The position numbers were made by a program, and so were the translations under genes. This document shows positions 10,728 through 20,528 of a stretch of DNA of 64,000 bases, in pieces. Where the stretch lies: positions 160,001 to 224,000 of the forward strand of contig CAVYSE010000028.1 in the NCBI GenBank assembly GCA_963771075.1. The letters run 5' to 3'. A model generated the notes under the pieces. That model had not been told where the DNA came from, did no database searches, and worked only from the letters and a program-made list of their open reading frames with translations. Numbering within the stretch: the first letter of the stretch is position 1; each line of letters begins with the position of its first letter. The DNA comes from a candidate division FCPU426 bacterium (GTDB lineage Bacteria; Oederibacteriota; Muellerivitia; Muellerivitales; Muellerivitaceae).

Positions 10728-12002
10728 ATGCTTGATCCAAAATATGTGCGTGAACACGAAGCCGAAGTCCGCAAGGCCCTGGAAGATTGCCGTTCCAAGG
10801 TGGATCTCTCCCTTTACTTGGACCTGGACCGGCGCCGCCGGGACCTGATGATCTCGGTGGACAAGCGCAAGGCCCGGTTGAACCAGGCATCCGAGGAGAT
10901 GGGAAAGCTAAAAAAAGAAGGCAAGGATATTTCGCCCTTCCAGGCCAAGCTCAAGGAACTCTCCAACGAAATCCAGCAAATGGACGCCGAAATCGCCTCG
11001 GTGGAGAAGGATTTCCATGAAATCGAGCTTCAGGTTTGCAACCTTCCCCATCCATCCGTTCCTGTCGGCGGGGAGGAGGCCAACCAGGAAATCCGCCGGG
11101 TGGGCGAACCGAAGAAATTCGACTTCAAACCCAAAAGCCACGACGAGATCGGTACGGCGCTCGGCATCCTCGATTTTGAGCGGGCGGCTAAAATTTCCGG
11201 CGCCCGGTTCTTCACGCTCGCTGGGTTTGGCGCCAAGCTGGAACGCGCCCTCACGAACTTTATGCTCGACCTTCACGCCCGAAAGGGTTACCAGGAAAGG
11301 GTGGTACCCCACCTGGTCAATTACGATTCCATGGAGATGTCCGGCCAATTCCCCAAATTCATCGAACAGGCCTTCGCCATCGAGAAGGACGGATTCTACC
11401 TGATCCCCACCGCCGAGGTTTCCCTGGCGAACCTGCACCGGGGCGAAACCTTTCCCGCCGGTTCCCTTCCTAAAAAATACATGGCCTACACTCCCTGCTA
11501 CCGCCGGGAAGCGGGCAGTTACGGCAAGGACACCAAGGGCCTGATCCGCCTGCACCAATTCAACAAGGTGGAGCTGTTCCAGTTCGTGGAGCCGGACAAG
11601 AGCATGGAGGCTTTGGAATCCCTGACCGGGGACGCGGAGGATGTCTTGAAAACCCTGGGTCTCCCCTACCGGGTCGTGGTCCTGGCCACGGGCGACAAGA
11701 GTTTCAGCTCAACCAAAACCTACGACCTGGAAGTCTGGCTCCCCAGCCAAAACACCTACCGGGAAATTTCCAGCTGTTCCAACTGCACCGATTTCCAGGC
11801 GCGACGGGGCGGCATCAAGGTCAAGCGGGAGGGCGGCAAGCCCGAACTGGTCCATACCTTGAACGGCTCGGGTCTCGCGGTGGGCCGGACCTGGCTGGCC
11901 ATTCTCGAGAATTACCAGCAGGCGGATGGCACCGTCACGGTGCCCGAAGCGCTTCAACCTTATATGGATGGTTTAAAAACTATTCCTCTAAAAAAGTCTT
12001 GA
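10728..12002 (+). CDS. serS: Serine--tRNA ligase
   Basis: MLDPK start, LIPTAEV, CYRREAGSYGKDTKGLIRLHQF, EISSCSNC.DFQARR, HTLNGSGLAVGR. Confidence 0.98.
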   Translation: MLDPKYVREHEAEVRKALEDCRSKVDLSLYLDLDRRRRDLMISVDKRKARLNQASEEMGKLKKEGKDISPFQAKLKELSNEIQQMDAEIASVEKDFHEIELQVCNLPHPSVPVGGEEANQEIRRVGEPKKFDFKPKSHDEIGTALGILDFERAAKISGARFFTLAGFGAKLERALTNFMLDLHARKGYQERVVPHLVNYDSMEMSGQFPKFIEQAFAIEKDGFYLIPTAEVSLANLHRGETFPAGSLPKKYMAYTPCYRREAGSYGKDTKGLIRLHQFNKVELFQFVEPDKSMEALESLTGDAEDVLKTLGLPYRVVVLATGDKSFSSTKTYDLEVWLPSQNTYREISSCSNCTDFQARRGGIKVKREGGKPELVHTLNGSGLAVGRTWLAILENYQQADGTVTVPEALQPYMDGLKTIPLKKS

Positions 12003-12190
12003 TAGGACTTGGCCTCCCCGCTCCCCAATATGGGATAAAGTCCGTCTTTAATTTAAGAAATTACAAATAAAACCTTATTTTTCTACCCCTTCCGCTCCTA
12101 AATTTCCAACCCCGCACCAGAAACCCCTAAATCCCCGGGAGGGTTCTGCTACAATACAGGCTGTTTTTAAGCCAACGGAGGAAGCCCCGA

Positions 12191-12385
12191 ATGCCGGAAA
12201 AAAACATGAAACCGATGAATGCCGTGCAACCCCGAATGTCCAGCGCCGGAAAACTGACGCTAGGTGTGGGAGTGGGTGTACTGGTGGCCGGTTACATGTT
12301 CCTGGCCACGGGTTCCATGACTCTGGCCCCCGTCTTGATCATCGGGGGGCTAATCACGGTCGGGATCGGCATTTATAATCTTTAA
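12191..12385 (+). CDS. Small 2-TM membrane protein (DUF3098-like)
   Basis: SD GGAGG; GYMFLA..SMTLAPVLII pattern. Confidence 0.6.
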   Translation: MPEKNMKPMNAVQPRMSSAGKLTLGVGVGVLVAGYMFLATGSMTLAPVLIIGGLITVGIGIYNL

Positions 12386-12403
12386 ACTCGAGTTAAGGTT
12401 TTC

Positions 12404-12928
12404 ATGTTTCCCCAGCCGCCCCAGTTGGTGCCAAGCGAGATTTGCCTGGAGTGCCCCGTTTGTTGCAGGTTCCCTGAAAAAAACGCCGCTTTGTCGCCCT
12501 TTTTTTTCCCGACCGAGCGTCAACCAGTGGATGCGATGCCTGTAAACGGTTCTTTTCGGGAGAAGGCGAAGGGCCTTCCCTCAAAGGCGGAACTTGTTCC
12601 TTGCGAGCATGGGTTCGCCTGTTCGTTTTTTGATCCTGGGGATCACACGTGCCGAATTTATCCGGCCCGCCCCCTGGATTGCGCGATGTACCCCGCGGTG
12701 GTGATGCAAAGTAAGGACCACCGCACCGTTTTGTTGGGCGCGGACACCAAATGTCCGGCCCTGTCGCGGAGTGAAGTGTCCGCGAAGCTGAAAAATTACT
12801 TAAATTGGATACAGCGATACTTGGAAAGCGCCGATCTCTCCTCCCTGATTCGTCAGAATCCTCAGTTCATCAGTGTCTACCAGGAAGAGGTGGTGGAGGT
12901 GCGCGAGCTGTCGCTGGGAAAGGCTTAA
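12404..12928 (+). CDS. YkgJ-family (CxxCxxCC) cysteine-cluster protein
   Basis: CLECPVCC ... C.F......C.IY..RP..C..YP signature. Confidence 0.85.
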   Translation: MFPQPPQLVPSEICLECPVCCRFPEKNAALSPFFFPTERQPVDAMPVNGSFREKAKGLPSKAELVPCEHGFACSFFDPGDHTCRIYPARPLDCAMYPAVVMQSKDHRTVLLGADTKCPALSRSEVSAKLKNYLNWIQRYLESADLSSLIRQNPQFISVYQEEVVEVRELSLGKA

Positions 12929-12931
12929 CAT

Positions 12932-13678
12932 ATGGTCGCCACTTTACAGGCGCTCCAGCCCCCCCGGGCCATGCGCTGGGTGACTCGCTGGAGATGGATT
13001 TCGATTAGTTCATTTGTCCTTTGTGTTCTTACATACTTTTTGCATTGGTGGGGGATGGTTTTTTTTGGGATCCCGCTCCTATGCTTTGGGATTTATAGCT
13101 TCACGGTCGCCCAGCACAGAAGCCGAATCGTGGGCGAGGGGAGCGAGGGCGAGGCCATGACGGCCAAGGTCCTGGACGGCCTGCAAATGGACGCCAAGGT
13201 CCTCCATTCAGTGCAGTTCCAGTCGGGCGACAAGGCCCGGGAGCTGGACCACCTGCTCATCACCAACAACACCATGTTCGTCATCGAAACCAAGTACCTG
13301 CGGGGCCGCATCGCCGGAGAGGTTCTCGACCGAGAATGGACCCTCCATAAAAGGGCCCGCAAGACCCGATCCCGTTACAAACGGGGTTTTTATAACCCCT
13401 TAAAGCAGGTCGCGACCCAGATCTACCACCTGCGAAGCCACTTGGAAGCAAATCTGCCGCCCCGCTGGGCCCAGGAATGCTCCCAGATATGGATCCAAGG
13501 CGTGGTGGTTTTCGCCCATCCCCAGGGCGACGCCTCGGCGGTGGTCAGCCATGAACATGGGGTTGTGGAATTGCCCAACCTGCCCCAATACCTGGCCAAT
13601 TACCGCCCACCTTCCAGGGCCCATCGCTTGAGTTACGGCCTGCGCCGAGAAATCGCGCGGGTCCTGACGGGCCAGTAA
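12932..13678 (+). CDS. Membrane-anchored NERD (nuclease-related) domain protein
   Basis: Two N-terminal TMs; G.EGE, ELDHLLI, FVIETK, NP.KQ motifs. Confidence 0.85.
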   Translation: MVATLQALQPPRAMRWVTRWRWISISSFVLCVLTYFLHWWGMVFFGIPLLCFGIYSFTVAQHRSRIVGEGSEGEAMTAKVLDGLQMDAKVLHSVQFQSGDKARELDHLLITNNTMFVIETKYLRGRIAGEVLDREWTLHKRARKTRSRYKRGFYNPLKQVATQIYHLRSHLEANLPPRWAQECSQIWIQGVVVFAHPQGDASAVVSHEHGVVELPNLPQYLANYRPPSRAHRLSYGLRREIARVLTGQ

Positions 13679-13683
13679 ACCTG

Positions 13684-13714
13684 AAGCCCCGGAAAACCCG
13701 GGGCTTTTTTATTT
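13684..13714 (+). terminator. Intrinsic terminator
   Basis: AAGCCCCGG-aaaac-CCGGGGCTT followed by a T tract. Confidence 0.8.
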
Positions 13715-13725
13715 CTGAGGCTGAC

Positions 13726-14649
13726 TTGCCTACCCTTCCCCATGCCGATTTTTTTGACCGCATCGAGCCCTTGAACCCAAATCAAGACAATGGGTTGGAT
13801 TGGTCGGAATCTCCCTTCGCGAACACCACATCCCTAAGCGGTTCCCTTCCTTCCTTTCTGATATGGCAGGATGAATTCGCCTACGCCTGGGCCGTCAAAA
13901 AAAACATCCATTTCATCCTGGCTCATTACAACAAATATGTTTATATGCCTGTCCCCCCCCAGCCCGTCACCGAGGAATCCTTGGCTTGGGCCTTCAGATA
14001 CATGGCAAGCGTGAACGGCCCTGGGCCCGGCATCTCCCGTATCGAAGGCGTCACCCATTTGGGGTTGAAAAAGCCTCCAGTGGGCCCTTATCAGCCCCGG
14101 CCTATCCTGACCGAATATATCTACGACCGGTCCCATGTCGCTTCGCTTCAAGGCAACGACTTCCGTTCGCAAAGGGCTTTATTGAACCACCTGTTAAGGG
14201 AAGAAAATGTGCTTTTCCGCCCCTACCGCTCATCCGACCTGAAAGCCTGCTGCGAATTGTTTGAGCTTTGGAAAGGCCAGCGCCTGCCCGCCCTACAAGG
14301 CCAAATGGGGGAGAAAATGATCTTGTCCGCCCAGAAGGCCCACCTTCGGGCCCTTCTCCAAGGTGAAAGGGTTGGAATGTCCTCCTGGGTGGTTTTTGTC
14401 GGGGAAAGGCTGGCGGCCTATACCTCCGGCGCCCCCCTCAACCCCGAAACTTACGGGATCTTCCTCGAGGTGGCGGACCTTTCCGTCAAGGGCCTTTCCG
14501 CCTATGTTTTTACCACCCTTTGCCGCCAGTTGGAGGGATACCGCACCGTGAACACAGGGGACGCCGAGGGCCTGCCCCATTTGGCGGAATCGAAGGAACA
14601 TTGGCATCCCATCAAGAAGCTTGCCTTATACGCGCTGGACCCCCTATAA
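13726..14649 (+). CDS. DUF2156 / aminoacyl-tRNA-dependent transferase-like GNAT protein
   Basis: EYIY....ASLQG..F...R..LN and EVAD....GL...., VN.GD..GL..L..SK..WHP motifs typical of DUF2156. Confidence 0.78.
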   Translation: MPTLPHADFFDRIEPLNPNQDNGLDWSESPFANTTSLSGSLPSFLIWQDEFAYAWAVKKNIHFILAHYNKYVYMPVPPQPVTEESLAWAFRYMASVNGPGPGISRIEGVTHLGLKKPPVGPYQPRPILTEYIYDRSHVASLQGNDFRSQRALLNHLLREENVLFRPYRSSDLKACCELFELWKGQRLPALQGQMGEKMILSAQKAHLRALLQGERVGMSSWVVFVGERLAAYTSGAPLNPETYGIFLEVADLSVKGLSAYVFTTLCRQLEGYRTVNTGDAEGLPHLAESKEHWHPIKKLALYALDPL

Positions 14650-14710
14650 AAATGAAGACGAAACCGGGATTTTGGTAAATTGGTCCGGCTTTTCACGAAT
14701 TGGAGGCCCC

Positions 14711-15241
14711 ATGGCGAAAAAATTGAATGTGAAATTTAAAAAAAAATCCGTCCAGCGGCTGAAAAAAAGGAACCCATCCGCGCTGAGCCGCCAAGCCCAC
14801 CCCGCCCAACCCTCCCACCGGGTGCGGGTAGACTGGCACCAGTACTTCATGAACATCGCCACCGAGGTCGCCACCCGTTCGACCTGCGACCGCAAGCATG
14901 TGGGTGCGGTGATTGTTAAGGATAAGACGATCCTCTCCACCGGCTATAACGGAAGTGTCCGGGGCCTGCCCCATTGCGACGACGCCGGCCATATGATGGA
15001 AGACAACCACTGCGTGGCCACAATCCACGCCGAGGCCAACGCGATTATCCAGGCCGCCCGCAACGGGGTGAGGGTGGAAGGGGCCGACATCTACGTGACT
15101 GCCTCTCCCTGCTGGAATTGTTTCAAGATGGTGGCCAACGCGGGCATCAAATCGATCTATTACGGCGAGTTTTACCGGGATGACCGCATTTTCGACGCGG
15201 CCAAGAAATTGCGGCTTATTGTGGTGCAGATCAAACCCTGA
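14711..15241 (+). CDS. dCMP deaminase family (ComEB-like) with basic N-terminal extension
   Basis: RSTCDRKHVGAVIV, GYNG, HAEANAI, PCWNC; SD GGAGG. Confidence 0.92.
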   Translation: MAKKLNVKFKKKSVQRLKKRNPSALSRQAHPAQPSHRVRVDWHQYFMNIATEVATRSTCDRKHVGAVIVKDKTILSTGYNGSVRGLPHCDDAGHMMEDNHCVATIHAEANAIIQAARNGVRVEGADIYVTASPCWNCFKMVANAGIKSIYYGEFYRDDRIFDAAKKLRLIVVQIKP

Positions 15242-15435
15242 ATATTTCCCTTTGAAATGGCAAAACAAAATCCCAAAAGGATTTTTGTCCCCTGACGAAG
15301 GGAACAATAGGGAGGCCTGGGGAAACGCCCCTTTTCAAACGACTTTTTTGAATTCAAGGTTGTTCAATAATTGAATTCGGATACAATGAGCAACCCTGAC
15401 AAACGGGAGGCAACCAAGGTAAAATCTTTCCGGTT

Positions 15436-15522
15436 GGAGGGTTAGTCCTAATTGGTAAGGCAGTGGACTTGAAATCCACCGGGGGAAACCCCTTGCAGGT
15501 TCGAGTCCTGCACCCTCCGCCA
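15436..15522 (+). tRNA. tRNA-Ser (anticodon UGA)
   Basis: GGAGGGT acceptor stem, anticodon arm GTGGA-CTTGAAA-TCCAC, long variable arm, GGTTCGAGTCC, encoded CCA. Confidence 0.96.
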
Positions 15523-15536
15523 ATTTTAAAAATAGA

Positions 15537-15658
15537 AGGACGAGAACCCGGGACGGTTTCGGGGAAACAGGCGTTTCCCCGGCGGTTAAAAAGGTGAACA
15601 CGTGGGGAACTTACCATGTGGGCGCAAAACGCGGTTCGACGATCTGCACCCTCCGTCA
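15537..15658. repeat. tRNA-associated element A (inverted T-arm copy, conserved hairpin core, direct copy of the tRNA 3' end)
   Basis: AGGACGAGAACC resembles the reverse complement of the T-arm; core CGGGGAAAC-N4-GTTTCCCCG; right end GGTTCGACGATCTGCACCCTCCGTCA resembles the tRNA 3' end. Confidence 0.75.
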
Positions 15659-15744
15659 ACATTAAAACCACCGCGAGGAGTTACAAGCTAGGAGTGAGTA
15701 ACTAAAATTTCCTAACCCAAACTTCAAACTCCTTTCTGTTTTTC

Positions 15745-15858
15745 CGGAGAGGTAGGCGAGGGCTTTGCCCCTGCAGAAGCGGGACTCAACTATTAAAAAG
15801 GAATAAAACGATAATTTTCGTTTGGTCCAGGCGACGGAGACGACTTACAGTCGCTCGG
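15745..15858. repeat. tRNA-associated element C (direct copy of the tRNA-Ser(GCU) 5' end, then an inverted D-arm copy)
   Basis: CGGAGAGGTAGGCGAGGGCTT versus the tRNA locus CGGAGAGGTGGCCGAGCGGCTT; CGACTTACAGTCGCTCGG versus the reverse-complemented D-arm CGCCTTAAGCCGCTCGG. Confidence 0.65.
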
Positions 15859-15874
15859 ATCAGTTTAATATTAC

Positions 15875-16005
<131 letters not shown>

Positions 16006-16011
16006 TTATTA

Positions 16012-16126
16012 GGACAGATTCAAACCCGGAAGGAGTTCGGGGAAACAACCGTTTCCCCGGCTGTTCAATGGGGTAACGTAGGGAGGACTTCCCCAATGAG
16101 CCCTTCGCGCGGGTTTCAAGCCATCC
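16012..16126. repeat. tRNA-associated element B, homolog of element A
   Basis: GGACAGATTCAAACCC matches the reverse-complemented T-arm region at 13/16; same core hairpin; GGGTTTCAAGCCATCC matches the direct T-arm region at 12/16. Confidence 0.75.
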
Positions 16127-16308
16127 AGCAGTAAAAAAATACTGTTATAAAATTTTCAGCGGAATTTGGCACCCCTCTTCTACTTATATGTTTCAAAAAC
16201 CAATAGGGGCCCAAGGGGTTGTGCCGTCCTCCACCCGGCCCAAAATCCTTCCCCTCTTTAATGTGGTTATCAGTTAAAATGCTTCAATTCACTTTTTGGG
16301 AGACGACC

Positions 16309-16941
16309 TTGAAACGTTACGCTTCTTTCCTTTCCACTTTCGCGTTATTGGGCTTTTTAACCTTGCTCCTGCCCGCTTGCGGTGGAAACGAAATCAAAGG
16401 CCAAAAGCCTCCCGAGACCGTTCTTAATTCCGATTCCACACCCACGCCGGAAGCCACCCAAGATTTCACGCTGGGCGCCAATCCAACCGCCACCCCCCAA
16501 GTCAGTTCCGGTGAGGACATGGACACCGCTTCTAGAAAATTAAGCAAATCGGTCGCCCGTTCCTATGCGGAGAAAATCGCCCGCGTCAAAGCTTCCCAAT
16601 CCACCCAAAGCATCCAGGTATTGACCACCCCAACTCCTGAAATGACGCCGACCGCCGAGCCTGTCATGACCCCAACCGCCGTTGCCGCGCCCGCGCCACC
16701 GATGGAAACCACCACCAATACCCATCCGCGGAAAGGCCCCCATTGGATCCTTTGGCTGATCATCCTGATCCTTTTGGGCGGCGGCGCCTACTGGTACTGG
16801 CTGCGCAGCAAAGAGGACGATAACACTCCCTACCAGCCCCATCCCCCGGTGGGAGGACTTTCGCCCGTCAGCGGCTACACCGTCCGGAAAAAACCGGAGG
16901 CCCCTAAAAAACCTTCCTTCTGGAAGCGGAAACTTTTTTAA
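16309..16941 (+). CDS. Lipoprotein with Thr/Pro linker and a second, C-terminal TM helix
   Basis: TTG start with GGAG SD, lipobox LPAC, TPT segments, TM WILWLIILILLGGGAYWYW, basic tail. Confidence 0.7.
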   Translation: MKRYASFLSTFALLGFLTLLLPACGGNEIKGQKPPETVLNSDSTPTPEATQDFTLGANPTATPQVSSGEDMDTASRKLSKSVARSYAEKIARVKASQSTQSIQVLTTPTPEMTPTAEPVMTPTAVAAPAPPMETTTNTHPRKGPHWILWLIILILLGGGAYWYWLRSKEDDNTPYQPHPPVGGLSPVSGYTVRKKPEAPKKPSFWKRKLF

Positions 16942-16960
16942 TCCCCTCCGCCCATTCAAA

Positions 16961-17596
16961 ATGATCGTCCCTTCGGAGCCTGAACGGTTTTTGGAGATTC
17001 TCCAGAAGGACCGCTGCCCCCTCTGCGTAATGGTCCAGCAGTACGGTTTCGACCATTTGAAATCCCTCCTCGAAGAAAGCGTGACCGACCCACACACACG
17101 CGACAGGCTCCATGCCTCCAACGGATTTTGCAACCGTCACGCTTGGCAAGGGGTCCATCAGCGGCAGGCCTTGGGGCTGGGACTGATTTATTCCGGTCTG
17201 TTGGAAAGGGGTATGAAAGCCCTTCTTCATCCACCCCGTTTCTGGAAAAGAACCCGGCCTCAAATTTGCCCAATCTGCCAATCCGAGGCCTCCTGTGAGC
17301 GGGTTTACGCCCGGCAATTCCTGGCGGGATGGTCCCAGTCCGAGTCGCTTCGCCAAACCTTCAAGGAAAAAGGCGTCCTTTGCGTGCCCCATTTAAGAAT
17401 TCTCTTGTCCCTGAAGGCCTCCCCGGCCGTGCGGGAGGATTTAAAACAACAGGGCCTGGCGGCCCTGCAAAGGGTCGGGAAAGATTTGAATGAATTCCTC
17501 GCCAAACAGGATTATCATCGAATTAAGGAAAAGTCCGGTGCGGAAGGCGATGCCTGGGTCCGGGCCGTGAGGTTAACTTGCGGCGAACGGGAATAA
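16961..17596 (+). CDS. DUF6062-like Cys/His-rich protein
   Basis: CPLC...E.V.DP..R..L..S.GFC..H, CPIC, LC.PH, F..K.DY, E.DAW.RA pattern. Confidence 0.7.
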   Translation: MIVPSEPERFLEILQKDRCPLCVMVQQYGFDHLKSLLEESVTDPHTRDRLHASNGFCNRHAWQGVHQRQALGLGLIYSGLLERGMKALLHPPRFWKRTRPQICPICQSEASCERVYARQFLAGWSQSESLRQTFKEKGVLCVPHLRILLSLKASPAVREDLKQQGLAALQRVGKDLNEFLAKQDYHRIKEKSGAEGDAWVRAVRLTCGERE

Positions 17597-17664
17597 CCCA
17601 TACCCCACCAAGGTAACCCCTTTTCCTTATTGTTCCGGAAACCGTAACCATCGGGAGCCCAAAC

Positions 17665-18108
17665 ATGGCCGAGCCCCTCCAATACAAGAACAACAAAGAC
17701 TGGGGTGTCACGGACTATTATTTCATTGACCTGGTGGTCATGCTGGCCTCTTCGGTGAAGATCGACCTGGGCGAACTTCCCCATCCCTATTACAAAGATA
17801 AGGACATCAACCTCGCCCGGGCCAGAATCACCATCAACATGATCTCCTCCCTGGTCAAGAAAACCGGCGGGAACCTGAACATCGAGGAGAAAAAAGTCCT
17901 TCGGGAAGTGCTGGAAGATCTCCAAAAAACCTACGTGGAAAAAAGCCAGGAACCCGTCCGTTCCTCCGGCCCCACCAACCCCAAGACGCCTAGCCGGCCC
18001 TTGATCCCCACCCCTCCGGCCACGAACACCACAACCAACGTGAAGGACTGGATTCACCTCGTCCAGCAGGAAATCGCCAAGAAAAAACAGGCCCCTCCGC
18101 CCAAATAA
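17665..18108 (+). CDS. DUF1844-domain protein
   Basis: F..LV..LA....LG..P.P......NL..AR..I.....L..KT.GNL..EE...L..L..L...YV pattern. Confidence 0.75.
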   Translation: MAEPLQYKNNKDWGVTDYYFIDLVVMLASSVKIDLGELPHPYYKDKDINLARARITINMISSLVKKTGGNLNIEEKKVLREVLEDLQKTYVEKSQEPVRSSGPTNPKTPSRPLIPTPPATNTTTNVKDWIHLVQQEIAKKKQAPPPK

Positions 18109-18117
18109 ACCCTTGTT

Positions 18118-19242
18118 CTACCTTTTCAAGCTTCTCCCCTTCCACCGGCCCCCGCCGGTCATGAACCAACGCGCGGAATTTAACCCGATGAGGGCAAAGA
18201 GGAAAGACCCCAGGGGATGAAATAAAACCGACACCCGGCTCATTTTATAATGCCATGCTTGGAACCACCGGACGCACCACTGGGCGCAAGCCAGGGTGAG
18301 CGCCGGGAAAAACCATTTCGAATCCGGCCCCAGAAATAACAAAAGGTATGGTGCCATACCGATCCCAAGTAGCACCCCCAGCACCCCCGCCATCCTCGGG
18401 ACCGAGAAACCGGCGGCCGGAAACATGTTCTTCGAGAACCCCTCCCAGACCTCCCGGGCGCTTCCATACATTCGGCAATGGGTGAATCCGCTTCCGTCCC
18501 CCAGCAACACCCGGAAACCACCCCGAACCAACGCCCTTCCCAAGCTCAAATCCTCCACGATCTCATTTTTAACGGCCCCATGGCCTCCCGTGGCCCAATA
18601 AGCTTTTTCCCTCACAAGAATGAACTGCCCCCCGACCCCCGCGAACTTTCGGAAGAAACTCCGCGGATTCAATGCCCAGGCCCCCGGTAGATAGGCCACG
18701 AGAGAATAAACCATGACCGGGACCACCAGTTTTTCCATCCAGGTTTCCGTGACCTGCTCATTCATCAGGGAAAGGACATCCGCATCCCGGTTCAAAGCGA
18801 AGTGGACCGACCTCTTGAGCATATCGGGGTCATGCCAGGTATCGGCATCGGTGAAGAGAAGCCAATCTCCCTTCGCCTTGGCCGATAGCTGATGGCAGGC
18901 CCAGGGCTTGCCGAGCCAGCCTACTGGAAGCTCCTTCCCCGCGAAGACCCGCAGGCGTTTATCCTGGCGCGCGTAAGAACGCAGGAGCGGCATGGTCCGG
19001 TCCGTGGAGCGGTCATCCAAGACCAATATTTCATAATCCGGGTAATCCTGACGTAGGAGGCTTTCAAGAAGGGGCCGGATGCGTTTATCCTCGTTTCGGG
19101 CGGGGACAAGAATGGATACCTTGGGCCACTTTTTGCGGGCCGCCGGCACGCCCGGGACTTTTTCAAAAAGAAGAATGTTCTGCCAAGCGCAAAAGAGCAG
19201 CCACAGGGAGATCAAAAACGCCGAAGCGAATATCAATTCCAT
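18118..19242 (-). CDS. Family 2 glycosyltransferase (CrtQ/HpnB-like lipid glycosyltransferase)
   Basis: VPARNE, DDRSTD, GWLGKPWAC, FTDAD, IVEDL, RMY....WEGF.KN motifs. Confidence 0.9.
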   Translation of the reverse strand: MELIFASAFLISLWLLFCAWQNILLFEKVPGVPAARKKWPKVSILVPARNEDKRIRPLLESLLRQDYPDYEILVLDDRSTDRTMPLLRSYARQDKRLRVFAGKELPVGWLGKPWACHQLSAKAKGDWLLFTDADTWHDPDMLKRSVHFALNRDADVLSLMNEQVTETWMEKLVVPVMVYSLVAYLPGAWALNPRSFFRKFAGVGGQFILVREKAYWATGGHGAVKNEIVEDLSLGRALVRGGFRVLLGDGSGFTHCRMYGSAREVWEGFSKNMFPAAGFSVPRMAGVLGVLLGIGMAPYLLLFLGPDSKWFFPALTLACAQWCVRWFQAWHYKMSRVSVLFHPLGSFLFALIGLNSARWFMTGGGRWKGRSLKR

Positions 19243-19269
19243 CTCCTTTTCAATGGCTTGTCATGGCAT

Positions 19270-19300
19270 AAAAAAAGGGAGGCTCCCTTGGGAACCTCCC
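19270..19300 (-). terminator. Intrinsic terminator after ahpC
   Basis: Minus-strand hairpin GGGAGGTTCCC-AA-GGGAGCCTCCC followed by T7. Confidence 0.75.
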
Positions 19301-19321
19301 CTTCCCTTTTAAGCTTGAACC

Positions 19322-19846
19322 TTAGTTTAAGGTTTTCTTTCCGGGCGTCCAGTTGCAACCCGTCAGCTTGCCGGTCTCGAAGGCGGCCAAGGTGCGGATG
19401 GTCTCATCCACGTTGCGGCCGACCGCCGTATCGTTGATCGTGGCGTGCTTGAGGTTCCCGTCCGGATCGATGACGAAGGTGCCGCGCAAGGCGATCCCCT
19501 TATCCTCGATTAGGACGCCGTAAGCGCGGGAAATATGGTGGGCCGTGTCCGCCAAATGGGGGAACTTCAACTTGCCCAGGGTCGGCGATTCCTGCCAGGC
19601 CTTGTGACTGTACACGCTGTCGGTGGAGCAGGTGATAACCTCGGCCCCCAACTTCTTGAACTCCTCGTATTTCTCATTGAAACCCTGGATTTCGGTCGGG
19701 CAAACGAAGGTGAAATCGAGGGGATAAAAGAACAACACCACCCACTTTCCCTTGTAATCGGAAAGCTTGACTTCCTTGAACTCCCCGTTCGGCAACAGGG
19801 CCTGACCCTGGAAATCCGGCGCTTTTTGTCCCACTTGTACTGACAT
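19322..19846 (-). CDS. ahpC: Peroxiredoxin (AhpC/Prx1 family)
   Basis: FFYPLDFTFVCPTE, RGTFVIDPDG, GRNVDE; SD AAGGAGG. Confidence 0.93.
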   Translation of the reverse strand: MSVQVGQKAPDFQGQALLPNGEFKEVKLSDYKGKWVVLFFYPLDFTFVCPTEIQGFNEKYEEFKKLGAEVITCSTDSVYSHKAWQESPTLGKLKFPHLADTAHHISRAYGVLIEDKGIALRGTFVIDPDGNLKHATINDTAVGRNVDETIRTLAAFETGKLTGCNWTPGKKTLN

Positions 19847-20018
19847 GACGTCCTCCTTGAAATAATAAACGGTTTTTATGCCCCCGGGGCGTCAACCCCT
19901 TCAGCGGTTTTAGGCGCGGGCCTGAACCGACAACCCACCCCATTTGATCCATCCCTCCCGCAGGGAGAAACCCCCGAAAAAGCTTTGGGAGTCATCCCGC
20001 AGGGAACGGAAAATATCC

Positions 20019-20492
20019 CTACCCTTCCTCAAGTCCCCGCTTGCCTTGCCTTTTTCCGGCGCATTCCCGGCAAGTGCCCCTGAAATGCACTGAATAATCC
20101 AACACCTCGAAATGAGCCGATCGCGCGGGGGATAACCGCAAGGGTGGCAATGATTTTTCTTCCAGGTCCATCACCTTGTGGCAGGAAAGGCATGTCAGGT
20201 GATGATGCCTTTCGGTATTGGGGTCATAACGGGCAGCCGAACCCATGTGGCTCGCCTTATGGATCACCCCCATATCGACCAAGGTATCCAGAACCCGGTA
20301 AACAGTCGTTCGGGACAAACTGGGCATTTGGGCCGTGACCGCCTCAAAAACCTGGTCCGCCGTGGGATGGTCCTCCCGGACCGCCAGGGACTCCAGGATG
20401 ACCCGGCGCTGTACGGTCAGGGGCACCCCCTGTTCCCGGCACAATTGCTCAAAGTGAGCCATTTTTTCCTGGGAAAACTGGGGGGATTTCAT
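20019..20492 (-). CDS. perR: Fur-family regulator, probably PerR
   Basis: T.QR..IL, HPTAD, TVYR.L, HHHL.CxxC...CxxC; lies immediately upstream of ahpC. Confidence 0.8.
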   Translation of the reverse strand: MKSPQFSQEKMAHFEQLCREQGVPLTVQRRVILESLAVREDHPTADQVFEAVTAQMPSLSRTTVYRVLDTLVDMGVIHKASHMGSAARYDPNTERHHHLTCLSCHKVMDLEEKSLPPLRLSPARSAHFEVLDYSVHFRGTCRECAGKRQGKRGLEEG

Positions 20493-20499
20493 AGATGGT

Positions 20500-20528
20500 A
20501 ATATATACCATTTGATATTTATTGTCAA
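20500..20528 (-). promoter_or_regulatory. Sigma70 promoter of the perR-like gene
   Basis: TTGACA-N17-TATATT, then 7 nt to the ATG; palindrome ATGGTA-atata-TACCAT overlaps the -10. Confidence 0.7.

Noticed and set aside
12932..13678. Anti-phage defence island around the NERD gene
   Set aside because: It is a single membrane-anchored NERD among housekeeping genes, with no helicase, methylase or other defence partners.
15288..15332. Hammerhead-like CTGACGA...GAAAC
   Set aside because: Stems I-III cannot be formed convincingly around the core.
15436..15522. Possible selenocysteine or suppressor tRNA
   Set aside because: The anticodon is UGA, which reads UCA (Ser); tRNA-Sec would have anticodon UCA.
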